DNA of 63,973 bases, counting the filler, from an uncultured bacterium (GTDB taxonomy: Bacteria; Latescibacterota; UBA2968): NCBI GenBank assembly GCA_964471275.1. It is 3 parts of 3 records of this genome, joined end to end, with 100 filler letters (N's around TTAATTAATTAA, not from the genome) between each part and the next. Parts side by side here need not be neighbours in the genome. Positions count along the whole stretch, not along the records: positions 1 to 23,884 come from CAYYGZ010000043.1; 2 more parts are not named here. One strand, written 5' to 3'. A program made the translations under genes and the position numbers. Below, in pieces: positions 1 to 10,507 of this stretch. The notes under the pieces are model-generated. The model worked only from the letters and a program-made list of their open reading frames with translations. It did not search any database and had not been told where the DNA came from. Within the stretch, counting starts at the first letter, position 1, and every line of letters begins with the position of its first letter.

Positions 1-1
1 C

Positions 2-700
2 CTTGCGAATCCTCTCGTCCTCTGCCTCCCCTTGTTGATGTACAAACCAGACGGCTCGCCATTCACTCAGTTCTGCAAAGAGTGGGTGGCCATCTTCTAC
101 CTATGGGCGCTGCTGACATCCATCATACCTCAATTGAGGTGTTTCGGTGCCGGCGTCTTCTACACGTACAACAGCGGTCTGCCTGTAGCTTACCTGAGCG
201 CTGGCCTGATCGTCTCAGGAGATACGCCCGCGCTGATCGTCGGAGTTCTGGCGTTTGTGTGCCTAACTCAGATTCTGCGTTCAACCCTAAAACGCAGGAA
301 CNNNNNNNNNNCGGAGGGCCTTGAGGCCATCGCTGAATCACTCACAGGATTGCCACACGGGAACGTCTTCACCATTCCTTTTGGACTATCCGAGCCTCTC
401 GCTTACAAGACCGGGAAACAGTTAGTTTGGGGCGGACACGGATACGGCTTCAAGAAGCTGGAACCCTATTTCCCGATTATGCAGGTGCCGCTGGAGACAG
501 TCATGCGAAGGGAAGATGTCCGATACGTTGTTGTGGACCGAACATATTTGGAGCTCGACAATGTCCTGAACGGCGATGTCTATCTCCGTCCCATGTTGAG
601 TCAGGGACCCTTTGACCTCTTCGAATTGGAAGAGGATCAGTCGGATGACTCTGACGGCGGCGGCGACAAGAGCGCCGAGGTCGCAAAATGCGTGTGCTAA
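2..700 (+). CDS. Membrane protein of the glycan locus (5'-truncated at the window edge; 10-N gap at 302-311)
   Basis: Frame is open from base 2. Several hydrophobic segments, then a soluble tail (…RYVVVD…); the stop overlaps the next gene's start region. Confidence 0.6.
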   Translation, partial: LANPLVLCLPLLMYKPDGSPFTQFCKEWVAIFYLWALLTSIIPQLRCFGAGVFYTYNSGLPVAYLSAGLIVSGDTPALIVGVLAFVCLTQILRSTLKRRNXXXXEGLEAIAESLTGLPHGNVFTIPFGLSEPLAYKTGKQLVWGGHGYGFKKLEPYFPIMQVPLETVMRREDVRYVVVDRTYLELDNVLNGDVYLRPMLSQGPFDLFELEEDQSDDSDGGGDKSAEVAKCVC

Positions 701-1874
701 TGCTAAACCACGAGTTTCCGCCGGTTGGCGGGGGCGCGGGTAACGCCACTCGCCATCTCACTACAGAGCTTGCCCGTCTAGGCGTCGACACCACCGTTCT
801 GACGGGATCGTTCAATGGCCAACCGAGGCGTGAGTCTGTCGATGGTGTTCACATAGTGCGACTGCCATCGCTCCGCAGGCACCGGCTCGAAGCCTCCCCC
901 CTCGAGATAGCGTCCTACACAGTGTCGGCCGCGGTGGCAGCTTTGGGATGTGGCGTGCTCGCCCGTCCAGACCTTGTTCACGCCTTTTTCGGTCTGCCTG
1001 GCGGCGCGATTGCCTATGGGCTAAAGAAGGCCCTGAACTTGCCCTACATCGTCTCCTTCAGAGGACGAGACGTCCACGGTGGAAAGCACGCATCCGAACA
1101 GGGCATTGGCGGCATGATGAAGCGGGCCAGCCTACCTGTCTGGCGTGGCGCTGATAGACTTGTGGCCAACAGCCGTGGACTGAGAGATATCGCAAACCAG
1201 GTTGAGCCTGAGGTCCAAATAGATGTGATCCCCAACGGGGTTGACGTCCGGCGCTTCTCTCCCTTGAAATCAAAGTCTCACGTCGTCCGGGTNNNNNNNN
1301 NNTCCGGGTCCTGTTTGTTGGTAGGCTCGAACCCTACAAGGGGCTCGAAGATCTCCTCAAAGCCGTGTGCATCCTCCAGGCATCGAACATCAGAGGTTTC
1401 TCTGTAGAGATCGTCGGTCAAGGCTCTCTGGAGGGTAAACTGCGTCACAGAATCGCTGAGTGGGGAATCGGATCTCACGTCAGGATGGCAGGGCAGGTCC
1501 TACCAGATCAAATGGCTGACGTCTACAGAGATGCGGACCTGTTCGTCCTCCCCTCGCACGTAGAAGGGATGTCTAATGCGATCCTTGAAGCGATGGCATC
1601 GGGCCTGCCGATTGTGGCAACGAAGATAGCCGGTAGCGAGGAACTAATCACGGAGGGGGTAGATGGTCATCTCGTAGAACCCTCATCGCCAGAACAGCTT
1701 GGTCAAGCGCTTGCAAGACTAATGAACAGTAAGAAGGAAAGGATGCAGCTAGGGACCGCCGCAAGAGAAAGCGCAAAGAGACGATCCTGGGGCGGTGTAG
1801 CGCGCGACTACTTGCAGGCCTATCAATGCATCTTGGAAGGAGCGTCGGTATGTGCGGTATCGTCGGCATCCTGA
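688..1874 (+). CDS. Glycosyltransferase family 4 (split in the ORF track only by the 10-N gap at 1293-1302)
   Basis: N-terminal MRVLMLNHEFPPVGGGAG, IPNGVD; after the gap VLFVGRLEPYKG…DLFVLPSHVEGMSNAILEAMASGLP (EX7E motif). Collapsing the TCCGGGT present on both sides of the gap restores one frame. Confidence 0.9.
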
Positions 1875-3760
1875 ACAACCGCTCACCCGTCGATCCCACC
1901 GTTCTCGGCCGCATGAATGCAGAAATCGAGCACCGAGGGCCTGACGAGGAGGGCCTCTACCTCGATGGCCAAATCGGCCTGGCCATGAGACGTCTGAAAG
2001 TCATCGATCTCAAAAGCGGCACACAGCCGATCGAGAACGAAGACAGAACGTGTCGGATAGTCTGCAACGGTGAGATCTATAACTTTCCGTCCCTGCGGCA
2101 ATCCCTGATCAGCCGAGGCCATCGGTTCTCGTCTCAGAGCGACACCGAGACGATCCTGCACCTATACGAGGAACACGGGGTTGGTTGCGTCAATCATTTA
2201 AACGGCATGTTCGCCTTCGCGATCCACGACCAGCGTGACGGAAGCGTACTGATCGCGCGGGACCGGATCGGGATCAAGCCGCTCTACTATGCCGAAACGA
2301 GCCAAGGCCTTATCTTCGGCTCGGAGATCAAAGCGATACTCGCCCACCCGGACGTCTCTCGAGAGCTCGACCCCTACGCTTTGGATGAGTATCTCACATT
2401 TAAATTCATCCCGGCCCCCCGCACGATATACAGCACCATCCGGAAGCTTCTACCAGGCCACCTCATCCGCTGGCACGACGGCCGTGTGAACATCGAGCGC
2501 TACTGGTCCCTGTCCTTCGACACAAAGGACAACCGTTCTGAGCGGGATCTTTGCGACGACTTCGAAACCCGCTTTACCCAATCCGTTCGCTCGCAGATGC
2601 TCTCGGACGTACCCCTTGGTGCGCTCCTCAGCGGCGGCCTCGATTCCAGCATGATCGTCTCGACCATGGCATCGCTGTCCAACCGACCGATAGAGACATT
2701 CTCAATTGGGTTCGAGGAGGCATCCTACAACGAGCTGGATCACGCTCGGACTGTGGCCCAGCACTTCGGAACCCGGCACCACGAGCTGGTCGTACAGCCC
2801 GACATCTCCGCGCTCTTTGATCGTGTGGTTGGCCAATTCGACGAGCCCTTTGGCGACTCCTCTGCTGTCCCGACTTACCTGATCTCGGAACTTGCGCGCC
2901 AGCACGTCACGGTCGCCCTCTCCGGCACAGGAGCCGACGAGATGTTCGCCGGATACGAACGTTACTGGTCGGTGCCTCTTTCAAGGCCGTTCCAGAGACT
3001 GCCTTCGGTGATACACAAGGGCCTCGCCACGACTCTCGGCGTCTTCCCGACCGGCCACGCCAAACGCAGCCTGATTAACCGTGCATATCGATTTCTCCGA
3101 TCACAGAACACAGATGCCTTCGCACGGCACTTGGGACTCGTCAGTATGTTCGACACAGAGTCAAATGAAGAGCTCTATACGGACGACTTCTTGTCCCGCA
3201 TCGCATCTCGCTCGCCCTCGGATGCACTGAGACCACACATAGACAACTCCGAGACGGTCCACGATCTCGATCGACTGCTCGGTCTGGACACACGGACCAT
3301 CCTGCCCGACGACTATCTGACCAAAGACGACCGGATGAGCATGGCCACGTCGCTCGAGCTTCGCGTGCCATTCCTGGACCACACGCTCGTTGAATTTGCC
3401 GCCAGTTGTCCTGTGCACGTAAAGCTGCGCGGCTTGAAGAAGAAACTGCTTCTCAAACGGATGGCTGCTGCGCGCATCCCCAAGCCCATCCTCAATCGCC
3501 CCAAGCACGGGTTTGAAGTGCCTATCGCGAAGTGGATCGGAAATGAACTTGCCACCGAAGTCGACGCGCTCCTGCTGTCGGACAACAGCCGTCTGCGTGC
3601 TTTCCTTAGACCAGGCATCATCCGCAACCTGGTCTCTCAGCATCATGCCAATACACGAAACCACAGCCGTGAGATCTGGTCCCTTATGAGTCTGGAAATG
3701 TGGCTGCAGAAGGAAGCGGTATCCGCCTCTGACATCGCGTCGCAAAGCGCGCACTCCTGA
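1850..3760 (+). CDS. asnB: Asparagine synthase (glutamine-hydrolysing) family amidotransferase, glycan-locus type
   Basis: MCGIVG N-terminal nucleophile, HRGPD, NGEIYN, SGGLDSS PP-loop, RVPFLD, PKHGF. Confidence 0.95.
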   Translation: MCGIVGILNNRSPVDPTVLGRMNAEIEHRGPDEEGLYLDGQIGLAMRRLKVIDLKSGTQPIENEDRTCRIVCNGEIYNFPSLRQSLISRGHRFSSQSDTETILHLYEEHGVGCVNHLNGMFAFAIHDQRDGSVLIARDRIGIKPLYYAETSQGLIFGSEIKAILAHPDVSRELDPYALDEYLTFKFIPAPRTIYSTIRKLLPGHLIRWHDGRVNIERYWSLSFDTKDNRSERDLCDDFETRFTQSVRSQMLSDVPLGALLSGGLDSSMIVSTMASLSNRPIETFSIGFEEASYNELDHARTVAQHFGTRHHELVVQPDISALFDRVVGQFDEPFGDSSAVPTYLISELARQHVTVALSGTGADEMFAGYERYWSVPLSRPFQRLPSVIHKGLATTLGVFPTGHAKRSLINRAYRFLRSQNTDAFARHLGLVSMFDTESNEELYTDDFLSRIASRSPSDALRPHIDNSETVHDLDRLLGLDTRTILPDDYLTKDDRMSMATSLELRVPFLDHTLVEFAASCPVHVKLRGLKKKLLLKRMAAARIPKPILNRPKHGFEVPIAKWIGNELATEVDALLLSDNSRLRAFLRPGIIRNLVSQHHANTRNHSREIWSLMSLEMWLQKEAVSASDIASQSAHS

Positions 3761-3762
3761 CG

Positions 3763-5049
3763 ATGACCCAACTCACCCTCGACAGGACTGTCGCCTACTT
3801 CCGCGCCCGCCGACAGTTGACGATCTGGATCGGCATTGGCCTTCTTGCTTTCCTTGTCCGGATAGTCTTCGTTTCCCAGTTCGCGCCAGACCGCGAATGG
3901 TCAGATGCAGCGATCTACGACAGTATCGCACAGAACCTGCTGGCCGGCAACGGCTACTCCACTGACGGGATAACCCCGACACGTGATCGGCCGCCAACCT
4001 ATCCGTTCTTCCTTGCTGTTATATACGCCATCGTCGGTCGCAGTCTGATCGCAGTCGTAGTCATCCAGGCTCTGCTTTCGGCCTTCACTGTGGCCATGGT
4101 CGCCTGGCTGGCGACACAGGTGTTCGACCGCCGAGCAGGATTCTGCGCGGCCTTCCTGATCGCCGTCTATCCCGCCTTTGTCTACTACGACACTCGCATC
4201 CTGCGTGAAGGACCCACTACATTCCTCCTCGTCGCAACGATCTTCTCCGCCTGGCGATCACGGAGCGGCCGTCGATTCGACTACGGAGTCACCGGGGGCC
4301 TCATCGGGATAATCAGTCTCTGCAGACCCGAGACACTCGTCCTGCTGGTTCCGGCCATCCTGATTACCTCAGTCGATCGGTTCTCGCTCACACGTCTGTT
4401 CCGACCAACGATCTGGATGTTCTTGGCGGTCCTAGCCTTGTGGACACCGTGGACAGTCAGGAATCAGCAGACCTTTGGCTCCTGGTCGCCCGTGAAAGCA
4501 GGGATCGTGAGCACCATCTGGTATGGGAGCCGGTGGGCAGAGACGGGCGGGGATGAGCAGACGTCTGAGAGCCGAGCCTCCTTGAAGGGGGAATTCTTCG
4601 ATAAGATTGAGGGCGCGACCGATGCCGAATTCGAGGATCGCTTCAAGAAAGAACTGTCAGCTGATCTGTTCAGCCGTCCGCTCTGGTTCGTGCAGATGGT
4701 CGGTAAGAAGGCGGTGATGTACTGGAAGGACGCAAATGGTGTGAAGAAAACCCTGCCACGCATCCACCCGATGCTCCCTGCAATTCTGAACACCGGATAC
4801 TACACGCTCCTCATTCTGGCGATCGTCTCATCTGTCGCGTTCAGACGGCACAATCGGGTTCGCGCTCTGGTTGCAGCGATCGTCATCTATGCCGGCACCT
4901 ACGCACTCCTTCACGTGAGAAATCGCTACCGCGTGCCTTTGCTACCGGTGGTCTTCATCCTCTCCTGCGGCGGATTCTGGTACCTATACGACAATCTGGT
5001 GCAACGCTTCCACGCACTGAAGGACCCGCTCGGAAAAACCCACGTCTGA
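3763..5049 (+). CDS. ArnT/PMT-like (GT-C fold) membrane glycosyltransferase
   Basis: Polytopic membrane protein with D..Y…A.NL..G.GY, RPPTYPFFLA, LRE, RPE, WTVRN and RYRVP motifs. Confidence 0.75.
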   Translation: MTQLTLDRTVAYFRARRQLTIWIGIGLLAFLVRIVFVSQFAPDREWSDAAIYDSIAQNLLAGNGYSTDGITPTRDRPPTYPFFLAVIYAIVGRSLIAVVVIQALLSAFTVAMVAWLATQVFDRRAGFCAAFLIAVYPAFVYYDTRILREGPTTFLLVATIFSAWRSRSGRRFDYGVTGGLIGIISLCRPETLVLLVPAILITSVDRFSLTRLFRPTIWMFLAVLALWTPWTVRNQQTFGSWSPVKAGIVSTIWYGSRWAETGGDEQTSESRASLKGEFFDKIEGATDAEFEDRFKKELSADLFSRPLWFVQMVGKKAVMYWKDANGVKKTLPRIHPMLPAILNTGYYTLLILAIVSSVAFRRHNRVRALVAAIVIYAGTYALLHVRNRYRVPLLPVVFILSCGGFWYLYDNLVQRFHALKDPLGKTHV

Positions 5050-5176
5050 GTCCCGGCCTGGCCATCTCTGCCTTCTGACCCCACCAGCATCCGCTGTCCA
5101 CACCGCAGCGCCAATCTCAGCAGAAAACCCTTAATGGATCTGCCTTTCTGCCGATAAAAAGAGCAGGGAGCGTCCG

Positions 5177-5192
5177 TGGTATACCCCTTGCT
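5177..5192 (+). promoter_or_regulatory. Putative sigma54 (-24/-12) promoter
   Basis: TGGTATACCCCTTGCT fits TGG-N10-GC spacing; lies in the only long intergenic gap of the glycan locus. Confidence 0.55.
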
Positions 5193-5374
5193 CCCTTAGA
5201 CACACGGTATTCTGTCTGAAGCATCTGGCCATCCCACCACCCTGATAGAATATTGACCCATCCCATTGTAAATACAATGCTTACGCCATTATTCCATCGA
5301 GACCACAGGACCGGAATCAGGCCCTGGCCGTGGAAAATAAGTTCCGGTAAACCCTGAAAACAGGACGATCCGCC

Positions 5375-6100
5375 TTGTCTCAGACAGCCGAACAACCTGC
5401 CGAATTCTACGATCGCGAATGGGCGAATACCTGGCACGACATGAAGGTCTACAGCCCGGTTGCCCGACACACACGTCGCCTCATCAAGAGCCGTCTGGAC
5501 CGAATCTCTTGCGAATCCCTGATAGACATCGGGTGCGGCAGCGGCGAGCTCCTCAAGGAGTTGAGCCTGTCCCCCGATATCGCGCTCTCCGGCGTCGATT
5601 TTTCGTCGACCGCGATCCACCAGGTGTCGAGCACGATCGATGGCCAGTTCGAGGTCGTCGACATCCAGAAGGCCGCTCCCTCCTTCTCCGCTGACATGGG
5701 CGTCTGTTCCGAGGTGCTTGAGCATCTAGACGACGATGAGTCCGCACTCTCGAACATCTCGAAAGTCGTCAACCACCTTGTGATCACGGTTCCGTCGGGA
5801 CCGCTCACGCAGTCGGCTTTGGACATGGGGCACGTTCGGCACTACACGCGTGAGAGCCTCAGCGACAAGCTGGCTCGGACCGGCTTCGACATACTCGATA
5901 TACGTGCCTGGGGAACGCCTTTCCACGACCCGCTCTATGCGTGGGTCCGTTCGCTGTCACCGCAAGGCACTACGACCGGAACCTACGGACTCGGACGACG
6001 TCTCGTGTCCTCAGCGCTCTACACGCTGTTCCACCTCAATGTATTCAACCACGGGCACAAGCTCATCGCACTGGTTCGCACATCTGGAGATCGGTCATGA
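5375..6100 (+). CDS. Class I SAM-dependent methyltransferase
   Basis: LIDIGCGSG motif I, GVDFS, CSEVLEHL, ITVP…GHVRHY; TTG start. Confidence 0.85.
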   Translation: MSQTAEQPAEFYDREWANTWHDMKVYSPVARHTRRLIKSRLDRISCESLIDIGCGSGELLKELSLSPDIALSGVDFSSTAIHQVSSTIDGQFEVVDIQKAAPSFSADMGVCSEVLEHLDDDESALSNISKVVNHLVITVPSGPLTQSALDMGHVRHYTRESLSDKLARTGFDILDIRAWGTPFHDPLYAWVRSLSPQGTTTGTYGLGRRLVSSALYTLFHLNVFNHGHKLIALVRTSGDRS

Positions 6101-7854
6101 TCGCACTCGGAATCGCTGCACAGCACGACGCCGGCGCAGCACTCATCATCGATGGGAAAGTCGTCGCTGCCGTGAACGAGGAACGACTCAACAGAACGAA
6201 GCTGTTCTGGGGCTGGCCTGAGGAATCGATCGAGGAGGTACTCAGACTGTCTGGAGTGAGCCGATCCAAAATCGATGTCGTATCGATCGCAAACCAGACA
6301 CACAGCACATACGCCGCCGCGCACTGGGAAGGCCTCTACCCCAAGGACATCAAGCGTCAGATCCTGATCGGAATGTCAAAGCTTGGTCTGGCTCGGATCG
6401 TGGGCGGTACGCAGATCGGGGCAAAGCTCTACCGGACGCTCAACGGCAAGACAATTCGCTTCTCGAAGACGCGCGAGCTCGAAGCACGGGTTCGGGAACT
6501 CGAGATCTCCGCACCCATCGATCACGTCGACCATCACACGGCTCACCTGGCCTCCGGGTACTACACATCGGGTTGGGATCATTGTCTGAACATCTCGCTC
6601 GACGGCGTTGGCGACGGATACTGTTCCCGCATCGCCGTGTGCCGCGACGGCAGGATGGAGACGATCCACAGCATTCCCTTCTACCACACACCCGGTCAGT
6701 ATTACGGTTTCGTCACGGGCTGGGCGGGTTTCACGCCCGGAAAACACGAGGGCAAGATCACGGGTCTGGCCGCCCACGGTGACCCAACGGGGGTTCTCCC
6801 CTACCTGCGAGACCGCATCGACTACTCCGAAGCGAGGTTTTCATTCGTCAACCACGGTATGTGGGCTTCGGCAGAGTATGAGTATCTCTGCCCGATCTTC
6901 GACCGCTTCAGCAAAGAGGATGTCTCCGCAGCGATACAGATGCACCTGGAGGATATCGTCTCACGCTACGTCGCGCAGGCGGTTTCCAGAACCGGTATCG
7001 GCAACGTGGTCCTCTCCGGCGGCATCTTCGCGAACGTAAAGCTCAACCAGCGAATCCGCGAAAGCGCCGGTGTCTGCGATGTCTACGTCCACCCGAACAT
7101 GGGAGACGGCGGCTTGGCCGTAGGTAGCGCACTCTCCACGGTCGCCGATCGATCATCGATCGCGCTCGAATGGATCCCCAACGCCTACTTCGGAACAGAC
7201 ATCGACGACGCGGAAATTCTACAAGCCCTGCAGACCACGGGACGGGATTTCCGCAGAAGCGACAATGTCGAAGCCGAGGCTGCGCAATACCTCGCGGACG
7301 GACGCGTCATTGCCCGTGCATCGGGCAGGATGGAGTACGGTCCCAGGGCGCTCGGGAACCGATCGATCCTCTATCAGGCAACCGACACGACCGTCAACAA
7401 GTGGCTCAACGAGAGCTTGAACAGAACAGAATTCATGCCCTTTGCGCCGGCCATCCTCCGGGATCACGCGGACAGCTATTACCTCGGCTACGAGAAATCG
7501 CACCGAGCGGCAGAATTCATGACCATCACATACGATGCGACGGATCGCTGCAAGGAAGAGGCGCCGGCAGTCGTTCACATCGACGGCACGGCACGACCTC
7601 AGGTTGTCGATGAAATGACAAACCCCGCGTTCCACCAGCTGCTGACAGAGTATGAGCGTCTCACGGGCTATCCGCAGGTCATAAACACCAGCTTCAACAT
7701 GCACGAGGAACCGATCGTCAGGACCGCCGATGACACCGTACGCGCCTTCGAATCCAGCAAGCTGGATGTGTTGATCCTGGGTGATTACATCCTGGAAAGT
7801 GAGGCGGTTTTCGCTTCGCGAGAAACATTGGCAGAGGCCACGGAAGATCGATGA
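6097..7854 (+). CDS. Carbamoyltransferase (NodU/CmcH family), copy 1
   Basis: HDAGAAL…EERLNR.K, HH.AH..S, DG.GD, EGKITGLA, GG.F.NVK.N, GDGG, GRMEYGPRALGNRS, R..FMPFAP, HIDGTARPQ, NTSFN; ATGA overlap with the upstream gene. Confidence 0.95.
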   Translation: MIALGIAAQHDAGAALIIDGKVVAAVNEERLNRTKLFWGWPEESIEEVLRLSGVSRSKIDVVSIANQTHSTYAAAHWEGLYPKDIKRQILIGMSKLGLARIVGGTQIGAKLYRTLNGKTIRFSKTRELEARVRELEISAPIDHVDHHTAHLASGYYTSGWDHCLNISLDGVGDGYCSRIAVCRDGRMETIHSIPFYHTPGQYYGFVTGWAGFTPGKHEGKITGLAAHGDPTGVLPYLRDRIDYSEARFSFVNHGMWASAEYEYLCPIFDRFSKEDVSAAIQMHLEDIVSRYVAQAVSRTGIGNVVLSGGIFANVKLNQRIRESAGVCDVYVHPNMGDGGLAVGSALSTVADRSSIALEWIPNAYFGTDIDDAEILQALQTTGRDFRRSDNVEAEAAQYLADGRVIARASGRMEYGPRALGNRSILYQATDTTVNKWLNESLNRTEFMPFAPAILRDHADSYYLGYEKSHRAAEFMTITYDATDRCKEEAPAVVHIDGTARPQVVDEMTNPAFHQLLTEYERLTGYPQVINTSFNMHEEPIVRTADDTVRAFESSKLDVLILGDYILESEAVFASRETLAEATEDR

Positions 7855-8804
7855 CACGACACACCACCATTACGATCATAAAGGCCGGTGTGACGCTCAC
7901 CGCACTCGCAATCCTGGCCTCCCGGATTGATCTCTCCCGTGTCGGTGACGCAGTAAGGTCATTCCCGATCACGTGGATTCCTACGATGGCGTGTCTTCTG
8001 ATTGCGAGCCTCCTCTTCAGCACGCTCAAGTGGCAGCTTGTGCTGAAGGGGCTCGGCCAGACCGTCGACTTGCTTCACCTAACCCGCCTGTTCTGGGTTG
8101 GACAGTTCTTCAACACCTTCCTCCCCGGCAGGACGGGTGGCGACATCGTAAGAGCGGTATCGCTGTCGGGCTCACAGACAACCCGTTCCCGGGCGATTAC
8201 CTCCGTTGCGATTGATCGTGGCACCAACCTGCTGGCACTCGCAACCATTGCCGCGCTGGCAGCCATTTCTGATGTCCAGCTGCCCGGTCACATCAGAACA
8301 GTCGTCTGGCTAACCGGGACAACTGCCGTGGTCGCTGCCTGCCTCCTCGTCGCAGGACGCCACCGTGTGGTTCAGCTGATACCGGAGAGATACCGCGACG
8401 GACTCGAAGCGCTCGTCCCGGCAGATCTCGTCGGGGTCCCGATGGCACGTATCGCAGTACTCGCCATCTCCGTGCAGATCCTGATGATCGTGACCAACAT
8501 CGCTGCCGCACGCGCGATGGGATTGAGTATATCGGGACTGGCTCTCTTCACAGCCATACCCATAACGGCCATCATCACCGCTCTCCCGGTTTCCATCAAC
8601 GGATTGGGCGTGAGAGAGGTCGCGTATGCCGGCCTGCTCTCCTACTTCGGGATTGCACCAGAAGAGGCAGTTGCCCTCTCACTCGTGATGACGGCAACGA
8701 TCGTCGGGTGGAGCCTGATCGGCGGATTGCTGTATGTCAGCGTGTCAGGAAGCGGCCATCAGGCCAAGGAAACTGTGTCAGTCCTCAGGAGTGTCGCGAG
8801 ATGA
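7851..8804 (+). CDS. Lysylphosphatidylglycerol-synthase TM domain / UPF0104 flippase-like protein
   Basis: Polytopic; FFNTFLPGRTGGDIVR and LPVSINGLGVRE motifs. Confidence 0.85.
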   Translation: MTRHTTITIIKAGVTLTALAILASRIDLSRVGDAVRSFPITWIPTMACLLIASLLFSTLKWQLVLKGLGQTVDLLHLTRLFWVGQFFNTFLPGRTGGDIVRAVSLSGSQTTRSRAITSVAIDRGTNLLALATIAALAAISDVQLPGHIRTVVWLTGTTAVVAACLLVAGRHRVVQLIPERYRDGLEALVPADLVGVPMARIAVLAISVQILMIVTNIAAARAMGLSISGLALFTAIPITAIITALPVSINGLGVREVAYAGLLSYFGIAPEEAVALSLVMTATIVGWSLIGGLLYVSVSGSGHQAKETVSVLRSVAR

Positions 8805-9613
8805 CCGTAGCTGCAGCCACCATCAAGGAGCGATTCAGCTCCGAGGCGGCAAACTGGGACCAGCAGTATGCCCCGGAAGCAGCCCGTTCGATCTATGTAC
8901 ACAACCTCAGAGAGCGCCGCAAGACGGCTCTGAGCTTCATCGGCTCACCGGACGGCCGTGTCCTGGAAATCGGCTGCGGCGCCGGCAACGTGATCCTGGG
9001 TGTCGATACGGACCGGATCCTCGGTACCGACTTCGCACTCCCCATGCTCCACAAAGCGAGGCAATCGGCGCTCCGTGATCGCAGACCTCTCAAGCTGGCC
9101 GCCTCCGATGCGGCTTCGCTCCCCTTCACATCGGAATCGACCGACACGGCTGTCGCGCTCGGTGTTCTGGAATATCTGCAGCGGCCATCCGAAGCACTCG
9201 CAGAGCTGCACAGAATCCTTACGTACGGAGGCACACTCGTCCTCTCTTCACCGAACGCGCTGTCTCCGTTCGTTGCCATTGACGATGTCTTGAAGGGAGC
9301 AAAGAACTGGGTCACGCGGAGCCTGATGCCCGGGTGGATGAGACGGCAGGTGAAGTCACTGTTGGGCAAAGGTGATGAAGACTACTTCACACACAAACGA
9401 CACCGTTTTGGTCCAGGACAGATCCGGAGCGGGCTGGAGGATCTTGGGTTCGAAATCGTGAAAGAGAGATTCCATACGTTCGGATTCGGTGTTCTTGACA
9501 GATCTGCACTCAACCTGTCCCTATGCAGCAAACTTGAAGAGTGGGCAACCACACATCCAAAACTGGAGAAACTCGGATGGACGATCGTTTTGAAGGCCAG
9601 AAAGCGCTCCTGA
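8801..9613 (+). CDS. Class I SAM-dependent methyltransferase
   Basis: VLEIGCGAG, DAASLPF, GVLEY, ELHRIL..GG; ATGA overlap. Confidence 0.85.
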   Translation: MTVAAATIKERFSSEAANWDQQYAPEAARSIYVHNLRERRKTALSFIGSPDGRVLEIGCGAGNVILGVDTDRILGTDFALPMLHKARQSALRDRRPLKLAASDAASLPFTSESTDTAVALGVLEYLQRPSEALAELHRILTYGGTLVLSSPNALSPFVAIDDVLKGAKNWVTRSLMPGWMRRQVKSLLGKGDEDYFTHKRHRFGPGQIRSGLEDLGFEIVKERFHTFGFGVLDRSALNLSLCSKLEEWATTHPKLEKLGWTIVLKARKRS

Positions 9614-9660
9614 CGCTCGATCGCGAGCAGCTGAGCGACGAAGAGACAAAGAACGTCGGA

Positions 9661-10506
9661 ATGGTTTCGATCATCATCCCGGCATACAACGAAGAAGAAA
9701 GCATCGTAGAGAGTGTCAACGGTGTCCGCGAGGTCATGGCCGGCTCACACTACGACTACGAGATCATTGTCGTCGATGACGGCTCGACGGACCGAACCTC
9801 CGAGCGTGTTCGCAGCACGGGTGCGCGAATTGTGCGGCACGACGAAAATCGTGGATATGGCGCAGGCCTCAAAACGGGCATTCGATCGGCTAAAGGGGAT
9901 TGGATCGTCATCACGGACGCCGACGCCACCTACCCGGCAAACCGCATCCCCGATCTCCTGCGCGACGCGGGTAAGTACGACATGGTCGTTGGTGCGCGGG
10001 TCGGTGACGCCGCCAGAATACCGCTGATCCGCCGTCCAGCGAAATGGGTGCTGGCTAAGGTCGCGAACTACCTGGCGGAAACAAAGATCCCGGACTACAA
10101 CTCAGGACTCCGAGTCTTCCGGAAGGATCTTGCATTCAGATTCTTCAAGATCCTGCCCCAGGGCTTCTCGTTTACGACAACGATCACGCTCTGCTCCCTG
10201 TGTCACGGATTCCGGGTGAAGTATATCCCGATCGACTACTTCAAGCGGAAGGGAAAGTCGAAGATCCATCCGATCAAGGACACTTACCGGTTCTTCATGC
10301 TCATCGTGCGGACAACCGTCTACTTCAACCCGCTTCGCGTCTTCATGCCGCTCGGCGCCGTGATGGGTACGTTGGGAATGGGAAAGCTCGCACACGAGAT
10401 CATCGTGACAGGCGGTCTGGCCGAAACCTCGGTCCTGCTGCTTCTGGGTGCTTTCCAGACTGTCGCCCTTGGCCTGATCGCGGACATGATCAACAAACGG
10501 ATCTGA
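9661..10506 (+). CDS. Glycosyltransferase family 2, DPM-synthase-like with C-terminal TM helices (alternative start 9577)
   Basis: VSIIIPAYNEE, VVDDGSTD, N.GYG, DAD, two C-terminal hydrophobic helices. Confidence 0.9.
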   Translation: MVSIIIPAYNEEESIVESVNGVREVMAGSHYDYEIIVVDDGSTDRTSERVRSTGARIVRHDENRGYGAGLKTGIRSAKGDWIVITDADATYPANRIPDLLRDAGKYDMVVGARVGDAARIPLIRRPAKWVLAKVANYLAETKIPDYNSGLRVFRKDLAFRFFKILPQGFSFTTTITLCSLCHGFRVKYIPIDYFKRKGKSKIHPIKDTYRFFMLIVRTTVYFNPLRVFMPLGAVMGTLGMGKLAHEIIVTGGLAETSVLLLLGAFQTVALGLIADMINKRI

Positions 10507-10507
10507 C

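Noticed and set aside
688..1874. GT4 gene as a frameshifted pseudogene
   Set aside because: The frame change coincides with an N gap that has duplicated flanks; it is an assembly artefact.
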